From an uncultured Armatimonadetes bacterium (GTDB taxonomy: Bacteria; Armatimonadota; UBA5829; DTJY01): a stretch of DNA of 64,000 nucleotides. This document shows positions 28,807 to 39,000 of this stretch, in pieces. The stretch spans positions 5,302,868 to 5,366,867 of the forward strand of contig OY970325.1 of the NCBI GenBank assembly GCA_963717145.1, written 5' to 3'. The notes beneath the pieces were generated by a model. It saw nothing but the letters and a program-made list of their open reading frames with translations. It did not search any database and was not told where the DNA came from. The stretch's first letter is position 1; every line of letters starts with the position of its first letter. The position numbers and the translations under genes are program-made.

Positions 28807-28971
28807 ACAGCGTCCCTCTTGGTGTTATTTTGCAATCATAATGCAAGATTGCACGGAAAATGTCAAGTCTTGGGCAGCAACAGAGCTATGGAATTCCCTC
28901 TGAAACTTGACCTTATCCGCTCAGATATGGCACAATGAGGCGATTTGTTGAGGAAAGAGGTTGCCAAAGCC

Positions 28972-30668
28972 ATGAGTGAGAACACACCGGAAACTACAGA
29001 TTTCATCCGCGAGTTCGTCAAGGAGGACCTGGCGAGCGGGCGGTTCGACCACGTCCACACGCGCTTCCCGCCGGAGCCGAACGCCTACCTGCACATCGGC
29101 CACGCGAAGGCCGTCTGGATCGACTACGGCATCGCCCAGGACTTCGGCGGCCTGTTCAACCTGCGCTTCGACGACACCAACCCGACCAAGGAGGAGCAGG
29201 AGTTCGTCGACGCCATCATCGAGGACGTGCGCTGGCTGGGCGCCGACTGGGGCGACCGGCTGTTCTTCGGCTCCGACTACTTCGAGCAGATGTACGAGTG
29301 GGCGATCGAACTGATCAAGAAGGGCAAGGCCTACGTCTGCGACCTGTCGCCGGAGGAGGTCAATCGCGACGCGCGGCACGCTGACCGAGCCCGGCGCGGA
29401 CAGCCCCTACCGCAACCGCAGCGTCGAGGAGAACCTGGATCTGTTCGAGCGCATGAAGGCGGGCGAGTTCCCGGACGGCGCGCGCACGCTGCGCGCGAAG
29501 ATCGACATGGCCTCGCCGAACCTGCACATGCGCGACCCGGTCATGTACCGCATCCTGCACACCGAGCACCACCGCCAGGGCGACAAGTGGTGCATCTACC
29601 CGATGTACGACTGGGCGCACGGCGCTGCAGGACTCCATCGAGGGGATCACGCACTCGCTCTGCTCGCTGGAGTACGAGAACCACCGCCCGCTGTACGACT
29701 GGTTCCTCGACGAGCTGGGCATCTACCACCCGCGGCAGATCGAGTTCGCGCGGCTGAACATGACCTACACCGTGATGAGCAAGCGGCGGTTCATCGAGCT
29801 GGTCAACGGCGGCTACGTCAAGGGCTACGACGACCCGCGCCTGCCGACGCTGGCCGGCCTGCGCCGGCGCGGCTACACGCCCGAGGCGATCCACGAGTTC
29901 TGCAGCCGGATCGGCGTGGCGAAGACCGACAGCATCGTCGATGTCGCCGTGCTGGAGGACTGCGTGCGCGAGGACCTCAACAAGCGCTCGCCGCGCGTGA
30001 TGGCGGTGCTGAACCCGCTCAAGGTCGTGATCACGAACTACCCCGAGGGGCAGGTCGAGGAGCTGGACGCCGTCAACAACCCGGAGGACCCCGAGCGCCG
30101 GGACGCGCAAGGTGCCGTTCGCGCGCGAGCTGTACATCGAGCGCGAGGACTTCCGCGAGGACCCGCCGCCGAAGTTCTTCCGCCTCGCGCCCGGCCGCGA
30201 GGTGCGGCTGCGCTACGCCTACTTCATCAAGTGCGTGGACGTGGTCAAGGACGCGAGCGGCGAGATCGTCGAGCTGCACTGCACCTACGATCCCGCGACT
30301 CGCGGCGGCGACGCGCCCGACGGCCGCAAGGTGAAGGCCACGCTGCACTGGGTCTCCGCGAAGCACGTCGGTCCCCGCCGAGGCGCGGCTCTACGACCAC
30401 CTCTTCGCCAAGCCGAACCCGGACGACGTCGAGGAGGGCAAGGACTGGTTCATCGACAACCTGAACCCGAACTCGCTGGTGGTGACGACGTGCTACGTCG
30501 AGCCGAGCGTCGTCGGCGCCGAGCCCGGCACGCGCTACCAGTTCGAGCGCCAGGGCTACTTCTGCGTCGACCGCGACTCGACGCCCGGAGAAGCTCGTCT
30601 TCAACCGCACGGTCACCCTGCGCGACACCTGGGCGAAGATGCAGAAGGCGATGAAGACGGGCGCTTGA
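28972..30668 (+). CDS. glnS: Glutamine--tRNA ligase with five +1 frameshifts
   Basis: [54 protein letters not shown]; indels near 29364, 29624, 30091, 30368, 30588. Confidence 0.93.
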
Positions 30669-30717
30669 CATTCTCCGGCGAAGGAATCACAGTTCGATTC
30701 ACGGCAGGGCGGACACA

Positions 30718-30978
30718 ATGAGCCAGAGCACAAGGACCAAACTCATCAAGATCGGCAACTCGCAAGGGATCAGGATTCCCAAGGCCCTGGCCGAGCGTCT
30801 TCGCCTCACCGACGACATTGAGATCGTGATCAAGGAAGACCACCTCGAGTTGCGTCCCGGCCGCAAACCGCGCGACGGTTGGGCCGACGCGTTTCAGCAG
30901 ATGGCCGAACGCGCAGACGATCGGCTATTGGATGAACCGACTCCGACCGCCTGGGATGCAAAGGAATGGGACTGGTAG
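30718..30978 (+). CDS. mazE: AbrB/MazE-family antitoxin
   Basis: [29 protein letters not shown]. Confidence 0.88.
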   Translation: MSQSTRTKLIKIGNSQGIRIPKALAERLRLTDDIEIVIKEDHLELRPGRKPRDGWADAFQQMAERADDRLLDEPTPTAWDAKEWDW

Positions 30979-30990
30979 CCGCGCGCTACC
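30966..30990 (+). pseudogene. Probable 5' stub of a MazF/PemK toxin
   Basis: ATG overlapping the antitoxin end reads MGLVAARY (typical mazF start and position), then loses all similarity. Confidence 0.45.
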
Positions 30991-31010
30991 GGTCAATCGG
31001 GAATGTGCTG

Positions 31011-31037
31011 GTTTCAACTCAGCCGTATCGGGGGTAC
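31011..31037 (+). promoter_or_regulatory. SigB/SigF-type promoter candidate
   Basis: GTTT-N17-GGGTAC upstream of the partner-switching operon. Confidence 0.5.
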
Positions 31038-31252
31038 ACTACTGGTCAATTAGAGAGCGCACGACCCGCAGTCGCATTCCGGCAGGCTGCAATCAGCGTT
31101 CGTTCCGCCTTACTCACTCTTCCGCGAGAGCGTCCCTGCCGACGTGGAAAAGCTGTCTTGTTGTGCAGGCAATAGCAATGATCTTACATCTGGGCCTTGC
31201 GAATACGGCGGATGATGGGTCGGATGGCCAGATAACAACCTCACAATCTCCT

Positions 31253-33448
31253 ATGCACCACCGGAACGGCACGCCTCCTCCCGACGCCGCGCGCTACGGC
31301 ATCATCATCGCCGGTATGCTCACCATGCTGATCGGCGCTTTCTGGCTCGGCGCGTGGTTCACCGGATATGCCGCCAGGCATTCGCTCGCAGGTTTCATCA
31401 CCGTGAAAACCAATATGGCGCTGGGCCAGCTCTTGGGCGGCATGGCGCTTCTGCTGCTCGGCGTGGGGCGGCCAACCGGCGCGCGCCGTTGGGTCGGGAC
31501 GCTCTTCGCGTCGGTCGTGCTTCTCATCGGTACTCTCACCCTCGGCGAGCACCTCCTGGGATGGAACCTCGGCATAGACCAGCTTCTCGCAAAGGAGCCC
31601 GCCGGATCAGCGGCGACACTCAGCCCGAACCGCATCGGCTATCCCGGGGCGTCGAGCCTCGCGCTGTTGGGCTTCGGATTGCTCGCCCTGGTGTTCAAGA
31701 GACGTGCGATTGTCCCATACATCGGGCTTATAGTGTGCGTCGTCAACCTCGTCCCGGCAGTGGGCTACCTCTACGGCATCGGAGCGTTCTATCACACGAC
31801 TCTGACGGTCATCGCCTGGCCGACGGTCATCGCCCTGATGTCCCTGGGCATCGGGCTGGCATTCGCGCGGACTGACGGCGGCCCGATGGCGCTCCTTCTG
31901 CGAGACGATGCCGGTGGCAAGCTTCTCCGCAGGATGTTGCCCTGGGTGATCTTCGTTCCCCTGTTGCTCGGCTATCTTCTCGTTATGAGAGAGCACAGGG
32001 GACTGCAAGACGTAGCTACCGGGACCGGCTCACTGGTTATTGCACTCATCCTTGTTTTCGCGCTCATGCTCTGGCGGAGCGCCCGGGATCTGAGCCGCTC
32101 GGATATCGCCCATCGCCAGGACGAGGAGGCCCTGCGCGAGAGCGAGGAGCGATACCGAACGCTCTTCAGCAGTATGAGCGAGGGCTTTGGTCTCCATGAG
32201 ATGATCTATGATGATGCCGGTAAGCCTGTGAACTACCGTTTCCTGGAGATTAACCACGGATTCGAGGAGCAGACGGGACTGAAGCGTGAAGATGTGATCG
32301 GCAAGACGGTGCTTGAGGTCCTTCCTGATACTGAACCCTACTGGATCGAGACATATGGGAAGGTCGCATCGACCGGAGAGTCAGCGAGGTTTGAGAGTTA
32401 CCACGGCCTTCTCGACCGCTGGTACGGTGTGTACGCTTTTAGCCCGGCTCGAGGGCGTTTCGCTGTCCTGTTTACGGACATCACCGCGCGCAAGAAGGCC
32501 GAGGAGGCGCTCAGGGAGAGTCGGGAGGACTTGGAGCGGGCACAGGCAGTGGCTCATATCGGGAGCTGGCGCATGGACGTCCAGCGCAATGTGCTGGAGT
32601 GGTCGGAGGAGAACCATCGCGTGTTCGGTGTCCCTGAGGGAACGCCGATGACGTATGAGATGTTCCTCGCCAGCGTCCACCCGGACGATCGGGAGTACGT
32701 AGACCGGGAGTGGACGGTGGCCCTGCGTGGCGAGCCATATGACATCGAGCATCGAATCATCGTCGGTGACACGGTCAAGTGGGTCCGGGAGCGTGCGGAA
32801 CTGGAGTTCGACAAGAATGGCGAATTGATCGGCGGATTCGGGACCACCGAGGATATTACCGAGCGCAAGCAGGCCGAGGAACTGCTCAGAGAGAGCGAGG
32901 AGCATATGCTCGAGTTCTATCGGCGCACGATCGACGCCGCCACGGGCGGCAAGCTCGTCATCATGGAGTGGGCGGAGATGGAGAAGATCGCCGGGCCGGC
33001 CGTCGCCACCTGGGAGATTCGCGGCTCCCAGGACCTCAAGACAGCACGGCATGGGGTGGAGGAGGTCGCACGGTCAGTGGGGATATCAGATCGCAGGCTT
33101 GGTGAACTCACGGTTGCGGTGGGGGAGGCCGTCATGAACGTCGTGAAGCATGCCGGACAGGGCCAGGCATCTCTCCACAAGACGGAGGACTCGCTGATCG
33201 TTCTGATCTCGGATCACGGCCCCGGGATTTCCGCTCTCGCCCTGCCCGACGTTGCGCTTCGGCCCGGATACTCCACGGCGGGCACTCTGGGCATGGGCTA
33301 CAAGCTGATGATCGAGTTTGCGGACAAGGTCCGGCTGGCAACGAGCGACGAAGGAACTGCGGTCGCACTCGAGGTAAAGATACATCCGACGGAATCGTCG
33401 CAGTCCGAGCGGTTGATCGGGAGCAGAATCACAGGAGGCAGGCTATGA
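31253..33448 (+). CDS. Membrane sensor with PAS domains and a C-terminal RsbT/RsbW-like Ser kinase (HATPase_c_2)
   Basis: ~8 TM helices, two PAS/PAC (DITARK, DITERK), GEAVMNVVKHAG, DHGPGI, GYSTAGTLGMG; no HisKA; start approximate. Confidence 0.8.
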   Translation: MHHRNGTPPPDAARYGIIIAGMLTMLIGAFWLGAWFTGYAARHSLAGFITVKTNMALGQLLGGMALLLLGVGRPTGARRWVGTLFASVVLLIGTLTLGEHLLGWNLGIDQLLAKEPAGSAATLSPNRIGYPGASSLALLGFGLLALVFKRRAIVPYIGLIVCVVNLVPAVGYLYGIGAFYHTTLTVIAWPTVIALMSLGIGLAFARTDGGPMALLLRDDAGGKLLRRMLPWVIFVPLLLGYLLVMREHRGLQDVATGTGSLVIALILVFALMLWRSARDLSRSDIAHRQDEEALRESEERYRTLFSSMSEGFGLHEMIYDDAGKPVNYRFLEINHGFEEQTGLKREDVIGKTVLEVLPDTEPYWIETYGKVASTGESARFESYHGLLDRWYGVYAFSPARGRFAVLFTDITARKKAEEALRESREDLERAQAVAHIGSWRMDVQRNVLEWSEENHRVFGVPEGTPMTYEMFLASVHPDDREYVDREWTVALRGEPYDIEHRIIVGDTVKWVRERAELEFDKNGELIGGFGTTEDITERKQAEELLRESEEHMLEFYRRTIDAATGGKLVIMEWAEMEKIAGPAVATWEIRGSQDLKTARHGVEEVARSVGISDRRLGELTVAVGEAVMNVVKHAGQGQASLHKTEDSLIVLISDHGPGISALALPDVALRPGYSTAGTLGMGYKLMIEFADKVRLATSDEGTAVALEVKIHPTESSQSERLIGSRITGGRL

Positions 33449-33801
33449 GCATGGAAGTCATCCAGGACACACACACGATCGTCCGCGGCGACGGCGAGAT
33501 AGACCTCTTCAACATCGCCGAATTCGAGACGGCGCTGAATGAGGCCGCGGGGAAAGCGCCGAAGGGATTGATTGTCGACCTGTCCGATGTGACATACATC
33601 GACAGCGCGGGCGTCCAGGCGATCTTCCGCGTATATATGAGTATCCGCGACGCGGAAGGATGCCTCGGGCTGGTAGTCGGGAACCCTCGGATCAAGAGCG
33701 TGCTGGAGGTGGTTCACCTGGAGCAGCTCGCGAATCTCCGCATCTTCGAGGATCTCGATTCCGCGAGGCAGGGGCTTGCATCCAAGGAAGTTAACGCATG
33801 A
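33445..33801 (+). CDS. STAS anti-sigma-factor antagonist (RsbV/SpoIIAA-like)
   Basis: GEIDL, VDLSDVTYIDSAG (phosphoacceptor Ser). Confidence 0.92.
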   Translation: MSMEVIQDTHTIVRGDGEIDLFNIAEFETALNEAAGKAPKGLIVDLSDVTYIDSAGVQAIFRVYMSIRDAEGCLGLVVGNPRIKSVLEVVHLEQLANLRIFEDLDSARQGLASKEVNA

Positions 33802-35654
33802 GTTCCAGTAAGGCCGATGAGGCGCTCTACCGTCAGAACCTGATCCTGGAGGGTATCAACCGGATCCTCCATTGCGCCCTGACGAGCACGACGGAGGAAG
33901 AACTGGGCAATGTGTGTCTGGAAGTAGCTGAGCAGATCACAGAGAGCAAGTTCGGCTTTATCGGAGAGATGAACGCCCAGGGCATGATGGTTGATATCGC
34001 GATCAGCGACCCCGGTTGGGACGCCTGCCGGATGCCCGAGCACTCAGGACACAGGAAACTGCTCACCGAACTCAAGGTGCACGGCATTTGCGGGAGCGTG
34101 GTGCTGGAAGGGTGCGGCTTCTACACAAATGACCCCTCCTCCCACCCCAGCAGCATCGGCACGCCGGACGGACACCCGCAGTTGACTTCATTCCTGGGCG
34201 CACCACTGATCCACGACGGCAAGACCATCGGCATAGTGGCGGTGGGAAACCGAGTCGGCGGCTACCGAGACGAAGACCTGAGATCGCTCGAGACGCTCAC
34301 CCCGGCCATCGTTCAGGCGTTCATGCGCAGGCGAGCAGAGGAGGCGCTCCGAAGTGCCCACGACGAGCTGGAGATGCGCGTGCAGGAACGCATCAGGGAC
34401 CTGGAGGAAGTCAAGAAAGCCGCGGAAGCGGAACGTCAGCGGTTCTATGATGTGCTGGAGACCTTGCCCGCTTACCTCGTGCTGCTGACCACCGACTATC
34501 ACGTGCCCTTCGCCAATCGCTTCTTCAGGGAGCGCTTCGGGGAATCCCTTGGCCGGCGCTGCCACAAGTATCTATTCGGCCTCGATGAGCCCTGCGAGAT
34601 ATGTGACACGTACAAGGTGTTGGAGACCAATGCGCCTCACCGTTGGGAATGGACCGGTCCGGACGGCCGCATCTACGATATCTACGATTTCCCATTCGCC
34701 GACAGCGACGGCTCGCCGATGATCATGGAGATGGGGATCGACATCACCGAGCGACGGCAGGCGGAGGCTGAGCTGGCGAAGCACCGCGATCGACTCGAGG
34801 AGTTGGTACGAGAACGGACCCGCGAGTTGGAGAGAGCCAACGCACAACTCCAGTCTGAGGTAGCCGAACGCGAGGAGGCCGAGGAGGCGCTGAGAGAGCA
34901 GTTTCTCACACTCCAGCGGGCATTGCTCCCCGCCAAGCCGTCGATTGGACGGGGGTACGAGTTGGACTCGGTGTACATCCCCGCATTCGCCGGGGAAGAG
35001 ATCGGCGGCGACTTCTACGATGTTTTCCAGACAGCGGACGGCAGGGTCGGCATACTGATCGGCGACGTTTCAGGCAAGGGGACGGAAGCGGCATCTCTCG
35101 GAGCGATCACCCGGAGCACCCTGCGAGCCTTCGCCTATGAGGCTTCCTCGTGCGGCCATGCGCTCACGAACACGAACGCTCTGCTCACGAGACAGCAGGT
35201 GGCTGAGGGGCATTTTGTGACCGTGTTCCTCGCGATCCTCGATCCGCCGAGCGGGCGCATCTGCTGTTCCGGCGCGGGCCACCCGCCTCCCGCTCTGCTG
35301 CGCGCCGATGGCAGCGTCGACTTCCTGAAGTGCGGCGATCTTCCTCTGGGCGTCGTACCTGAACACCTGTACGGGGAAGGGGAGATGCAGCTCGACCCGG
35401 GCGACCATCTCATCCTGTACACCGACGGCATCTCGGAAGCTCGTCATGGCGCGCAGTTGTTCGGCCTGGATGGGATAGAGTCGGTGCTCAGGGAGCAAGC
35501 GGGGGCGGCGCCGGATCAGATCTGCCGAGCACTTCTCGACGCGGCGAGAGACTGGGCGGAAGGCAGGCTGAGGGACGACACAGCCATCGTCGTCATCCAG
35601 CGGGCGCATAAGGTCACGGAAAACCGATCCGGCCACGCTCTTGACAAGCCGTGA
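33798..35654 (+). CDS. GAF-PAS-SpoIIE PP2C phosphatase (RsbU/RsbP-like)
   Basis: GAF (GTPDGHPQLTSFLG), PAS, IGGDFYD, IGDVSGKG, YTDG, DDTA. Confidence 0.9.
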   Translation: MSSSKADEALYRQNLILEGINRILHCALTSTTEEELGNVCLEVAEQITESKFGFIGEMNAQGMMVDIAISDPGWDACRMPEHSGHRKLLTELKVHGICGSVVLEGCGFYTNDPSSHPSSIGTPDGHPQLTSFLGAPLIHDGKTIGIVAVGNRVGGYRDEDLRSLETLTPAIVQAFMRRRAEEALRSAHDELEMRVQERIRDLEEVKKAAEAERQRFYDVLETLPAYLVLLTTDYHVPFANRFFRERFGESLGRRCHKYLFGLDEPCEICDTYKVLETNAPHRWEWTGPDGRIYDIYDFPFADSDGSPMIMEMGIDITERRQAEAELAKHRDRLEELVRERTRELERANAQLQSEVAEREEAEEALREQFLTLQRALLPAKPSIGRGYELDSVYIPAFAGEEIGGDFYDVFQTADGRVGILIGDVSGKGTEAASLGAITRSTLRAFAYEASSCGHALTNTNALLTRQQVAEGHFVTVFLAILDPPSGRICCSGAGHPPPALLRADGSVDFLKCGDLPLGVVPEHLYGEGEMQLDPGDHLILYTDGISEARHGAQLFGLDGIESVLREQAGAAPDQICRALLDAARDWAEGRLRDDTAIVVIQRAHKVTENRSGHALDKP

Positions 35655-35669
35655 CGGGCGTGCTAGAAT
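35641..35669 (+). promoter_or_regulatory. Sigma70 promoter of tRNA-Gln
   Basis: TTGACA-N17-TAGAAT. Confidence 0.75.
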
Positions 35670-35680
35670 ACGTTTGACGC

Positions 35681-35755
35681 TGCCGGATAGCTCAATGGTA
35701 GAGCACCTGCCTCTGGAGCAGGGTGTTCAAGGTTCGAGTCCTTGTCCGGCAGCCA
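35681..35755 (+). tRNA. tRNA-Gln(CTG)
   Basis: Acceptor stem TGCCGGA/TCCGGCA, anticodon arm CCTGC-CTCTGGA-GCAGG, GGTTCGAGTCC T-arm, encoded CCA. Confidence 0.96.
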
Positions 35756-35870
35756 GTTCTTCGTCCGATACTCCAATCGAAACCCCCTGATCCCAATCCA
35801 AGACCACAAGCTTCTCCAACGCTCGACTGGGAACCTGGTAATAATAACAGGTGCACTTGGCAGGCAACCG

Positions 35871-35879
35871 TGATATAAT
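35871..35879 (+). promoter_or_regulatory. Extended -10 promoter upstream of the riboswitch
   Basis: TGATATAAT about 30 nt before the aptamer. Confidence 0.55.
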
Positions 35880-35910
35880 GCCTACGCAATACCCGTGTCA
35901 ATTCCCGCTG

Positions 35911-35990
35911 GCGTGGTAGCTGTGAACCGCCGTTCCGGCAATACCCTGGTCACCCGAACGGCGTGGAGCTAATGGTGAAACCGACCGCGA
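35911..35990 (+). ncRNA. Cyclic di-GMP-II riboswitch aptamer
   Basis: GGTAGCTGTGAA-[CGCCGTTC]-loop with GGTCAC-[GAACGGCG]-TGGAGCTAATGGTGAAACCGACC matches class II layout, including pseudoknot GGTCAC/GTG..ACC. Confidence 0.85.
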
Positions 35991-36019
35991 CTCATAGTGT
36001 AGTAGTGCGTCGGTTTTTT
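35980..36019 (+). terminator. Intrinsic terminator (riboswitch expression platform)
   Basis: ACCGAC...GTCGGT stem followed by a T-run; the 5' arm overlaps the aptamer 3' end. Confidence 0.75.
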
Positions 36020-36072
36020 GCGTATCGGCACGTGTTCGATGGCGCAGATATCGGAAGGGATGGTTGAGGTCG

Positions 36073-39000
36073 ATGCAAAGATGGAGATTCGCCAGGGCTG
36101 CGTTGGTCTTCGCCGCAATCGTCGTCCTCGGACTTGGCAGTGCGCATGCCGGCATCAGTCTTGAGTTCGTGGGTCAATGGGGAGGGCCATGCAATGCGGC
36201 GGCAGTTGTGGGCGATCGCGTCTACGTCGGAATTGGCACGAGTCTCGTCGTGCTCGATGTTTCCAACAAGACGACGCCTGTCGAGTTGGGGAAGCTGCTC
36301 CTGGCGAGCGGCATTACCGCAATTGCAGTATCGGGCGACCTCGCCTACGTCACTACGAGCGCGAGTGAACTACGAGTGATCGATGTATCGGATCCTCAGC
36401 ATCCAACTCAGGTCGGACAGTGCAGCACTATTGGCCGACCCTCCAGCCTCACCGTTTCGGGCGGTTACGCCTACGTTGCGACGGGGGCCACGGGTTTGAT
36501 CGTCTTTGATCTCTCTGTCCCGGCGAACCCGATCCAGATCGGGAGCTACGACACGAGTGGAGGCGCCAGCGAAGTCGCCATTTCCGACCACTATGCCTAC
36601 GTTGCAGACGGTACCTCGGGCCTGCTGGTGATCGACATCGCCGACCCTGCTAACCCCTTAGGCGTCGGGGGCTACGACACGTCCGGATATGCTCAAGGCG
36701 TAGCGGTTTCCGGCCATTATGCGTATGTGGCCGACGGTGACGCGGGCTTGCGCGTGATAGATGTCGCCAACCCGGCCTTGCCGGTCCAAGTCGGGACACG
36801 GAATACCAGCGGGTCCGCGCAACGGGTGGCCGTATCCGGCAGTCATGCATACGTCGCTGACTGGACCGCAGGCTTGCAGGTCATAGACATCTCGAATCCG
36901 GCTGGACCCACGAGAGTAGGCGGCTACGATACCGCAGGCTATGCTAACGCAGCAGTCGTGTCGGGGAGTTATGTGTTCGTGGTGGACGAGGGGCCCGGTC
37001 TCCACATAATGGACGTGAGCACTCCGTCGAGCCCGACCCGAGTCGGCGGCTACGACCAGGGCGGGTATGCCTATGGATTGGCCGTTTCCGGCGGGTACGC
37101 CTATGTTGGCACACGCGGGTTGCAGGTCATCGATGTTTCCGATCCGTCCGATCCCGTTCGATCCGGCCATTGCGAAATAGATCGGACTCTCGACGACATC
37201 GCCATATCCGGGAGATACGTCTGCGCGGCGTCTGCCGGCCTGCGGGTGTTCGACGTATTGAATCCGGCTGCCCCTTCATATGAGGGAGACTGGATCACGA
37301 ATGCGACGTCCACCGTGGCCGTGTCAGGCAGCTACGCATACTGCGACAACGGTAACGGGGTGGCGCAAACAATGAGCATCTCGGATCCCGCAGATCCCGT
37401 ACTCGTTGCATCGGTTAGTATGGGCACTGCGCCACTGAGTAGGATCATCTTGAGAGGAGCATATTTGTATGTTGCCAACGGCACGGCCGGGCTCAAGATA
37501 CTGAACGTCGCTGATCCGAACTACCCGGCTGTGACAGGCAGTTACGATACCGCCGGAACGGCAAGTGACGTGGCTGTGGCAGGCGACTACGCATACATTG
37601 CGGACTATGACCAGGGCCTTGTCGTGATAAACGTCAACAATCCCGCGGCTCCAGTCTACACGGGTGGATTGGCTGGGCTTGGCACGGTCTCAAAGATAGT
37701 CGCCTGCGGAAACTACGCATTCCTGCCCTCTTATACCGGGGGCTTGCAGATAGTAGATGTCTCTAATCCGGCGAGCCCAAGCGTGGTCGGCAGCTACGCG
37801 CCATCTAGTGTCGTGAAGATGGCGGTAGATAACAACTACCTGTATTCCGCCCGCAGCAGCGAGGGCCTGGTCATATACCGGATCGACCACACTGCGTGGA
37901 GCGGCTTTGCGGGGCGCGTGACCGATAACCTCGGCAATCCGATCTCCGGTGCGACGGTTTCGACCGACTCGGGCGGGTACTCCACCATCAGCGGTCTCGA
38001 TGGCTACTACGGCATGCCGAGCATTCTCCCCGGCAGGTATCACCTCACGGCCTTCAAGTCGAACCTGGTTCCCACAACGAGCAATGTAGCTGTCGCCGAT
38101 GGCCAGATTGAGACTTGCGACTTCGTGCTGCAGGCCGGCGGGACGATCTCGGGTTACGTGAGGGACAATCTGGGAGATCCTGTCGGCGGCGTCAGCGTAG
38201 CGCAGTATCCGTATGAAAGCTTGACAGATAGCACCGGATGGTATGCTCTCGCCAATGTCCCGGAAGGGACATACAACCTGACCGCCGGCAAGAACGGCTG
38301 GACCTCGGTGACGAACGATGGCGTGCCGGTTGCGAATGATCAGACTACCACGTCGAACTTCACCCTGCAACGCGGGAGCATCATGGGTACCGTGACCAAC
38401 AGCACCGGAGGGCCCATCAGTGGCGTGGCTGTCTCAACGTCGACAGGCGGCCATACTGCGATCACGGGAGGCAGTGGGACCTATGTCATCGGCGACGTTC
38501 TGCCCGGATCGCACAGCCTCACCGCATCGAAAGAGGGATGGCTTCCACAGACGAAGTCGATCTCAGTGACCGGAAGTCAGACGACTACTTCCGATTTCGT
38601 ATTGACTGCTGCGGGGTCGATCTCCGGTAGCATGACGGACAGTGCAGGACTGCCGATCAGCGGCGCGTTGTTGACTACAACCTACTCCCACATTACCTAT
38701 ACGGCGACCAGCGATTCAGCTGGACACTACAGAATGTCGAGCATGGTTGCGGGCGCCAATATCAGCCTGATTGTTTCAAAGGCCGGATACGCGATGGTGA
38801 TGAAGAAAGTCAATGTGAGCTCGGGACTGGAGACGTTCTGCAACTTCCGCCTGGCTGACGCCATGTCGCTCGATCTCGTCTCCAGCACCAACATCAGCAA
38901 TAGCCTCACGCGCATCGCAGTCTCAGATGGGACGGCAGCCGTCCAGTCCGGATCGGGTCTGCAGTTCCTAGATGTGTCGAATCCTGCTAGTCCGGTGGCG

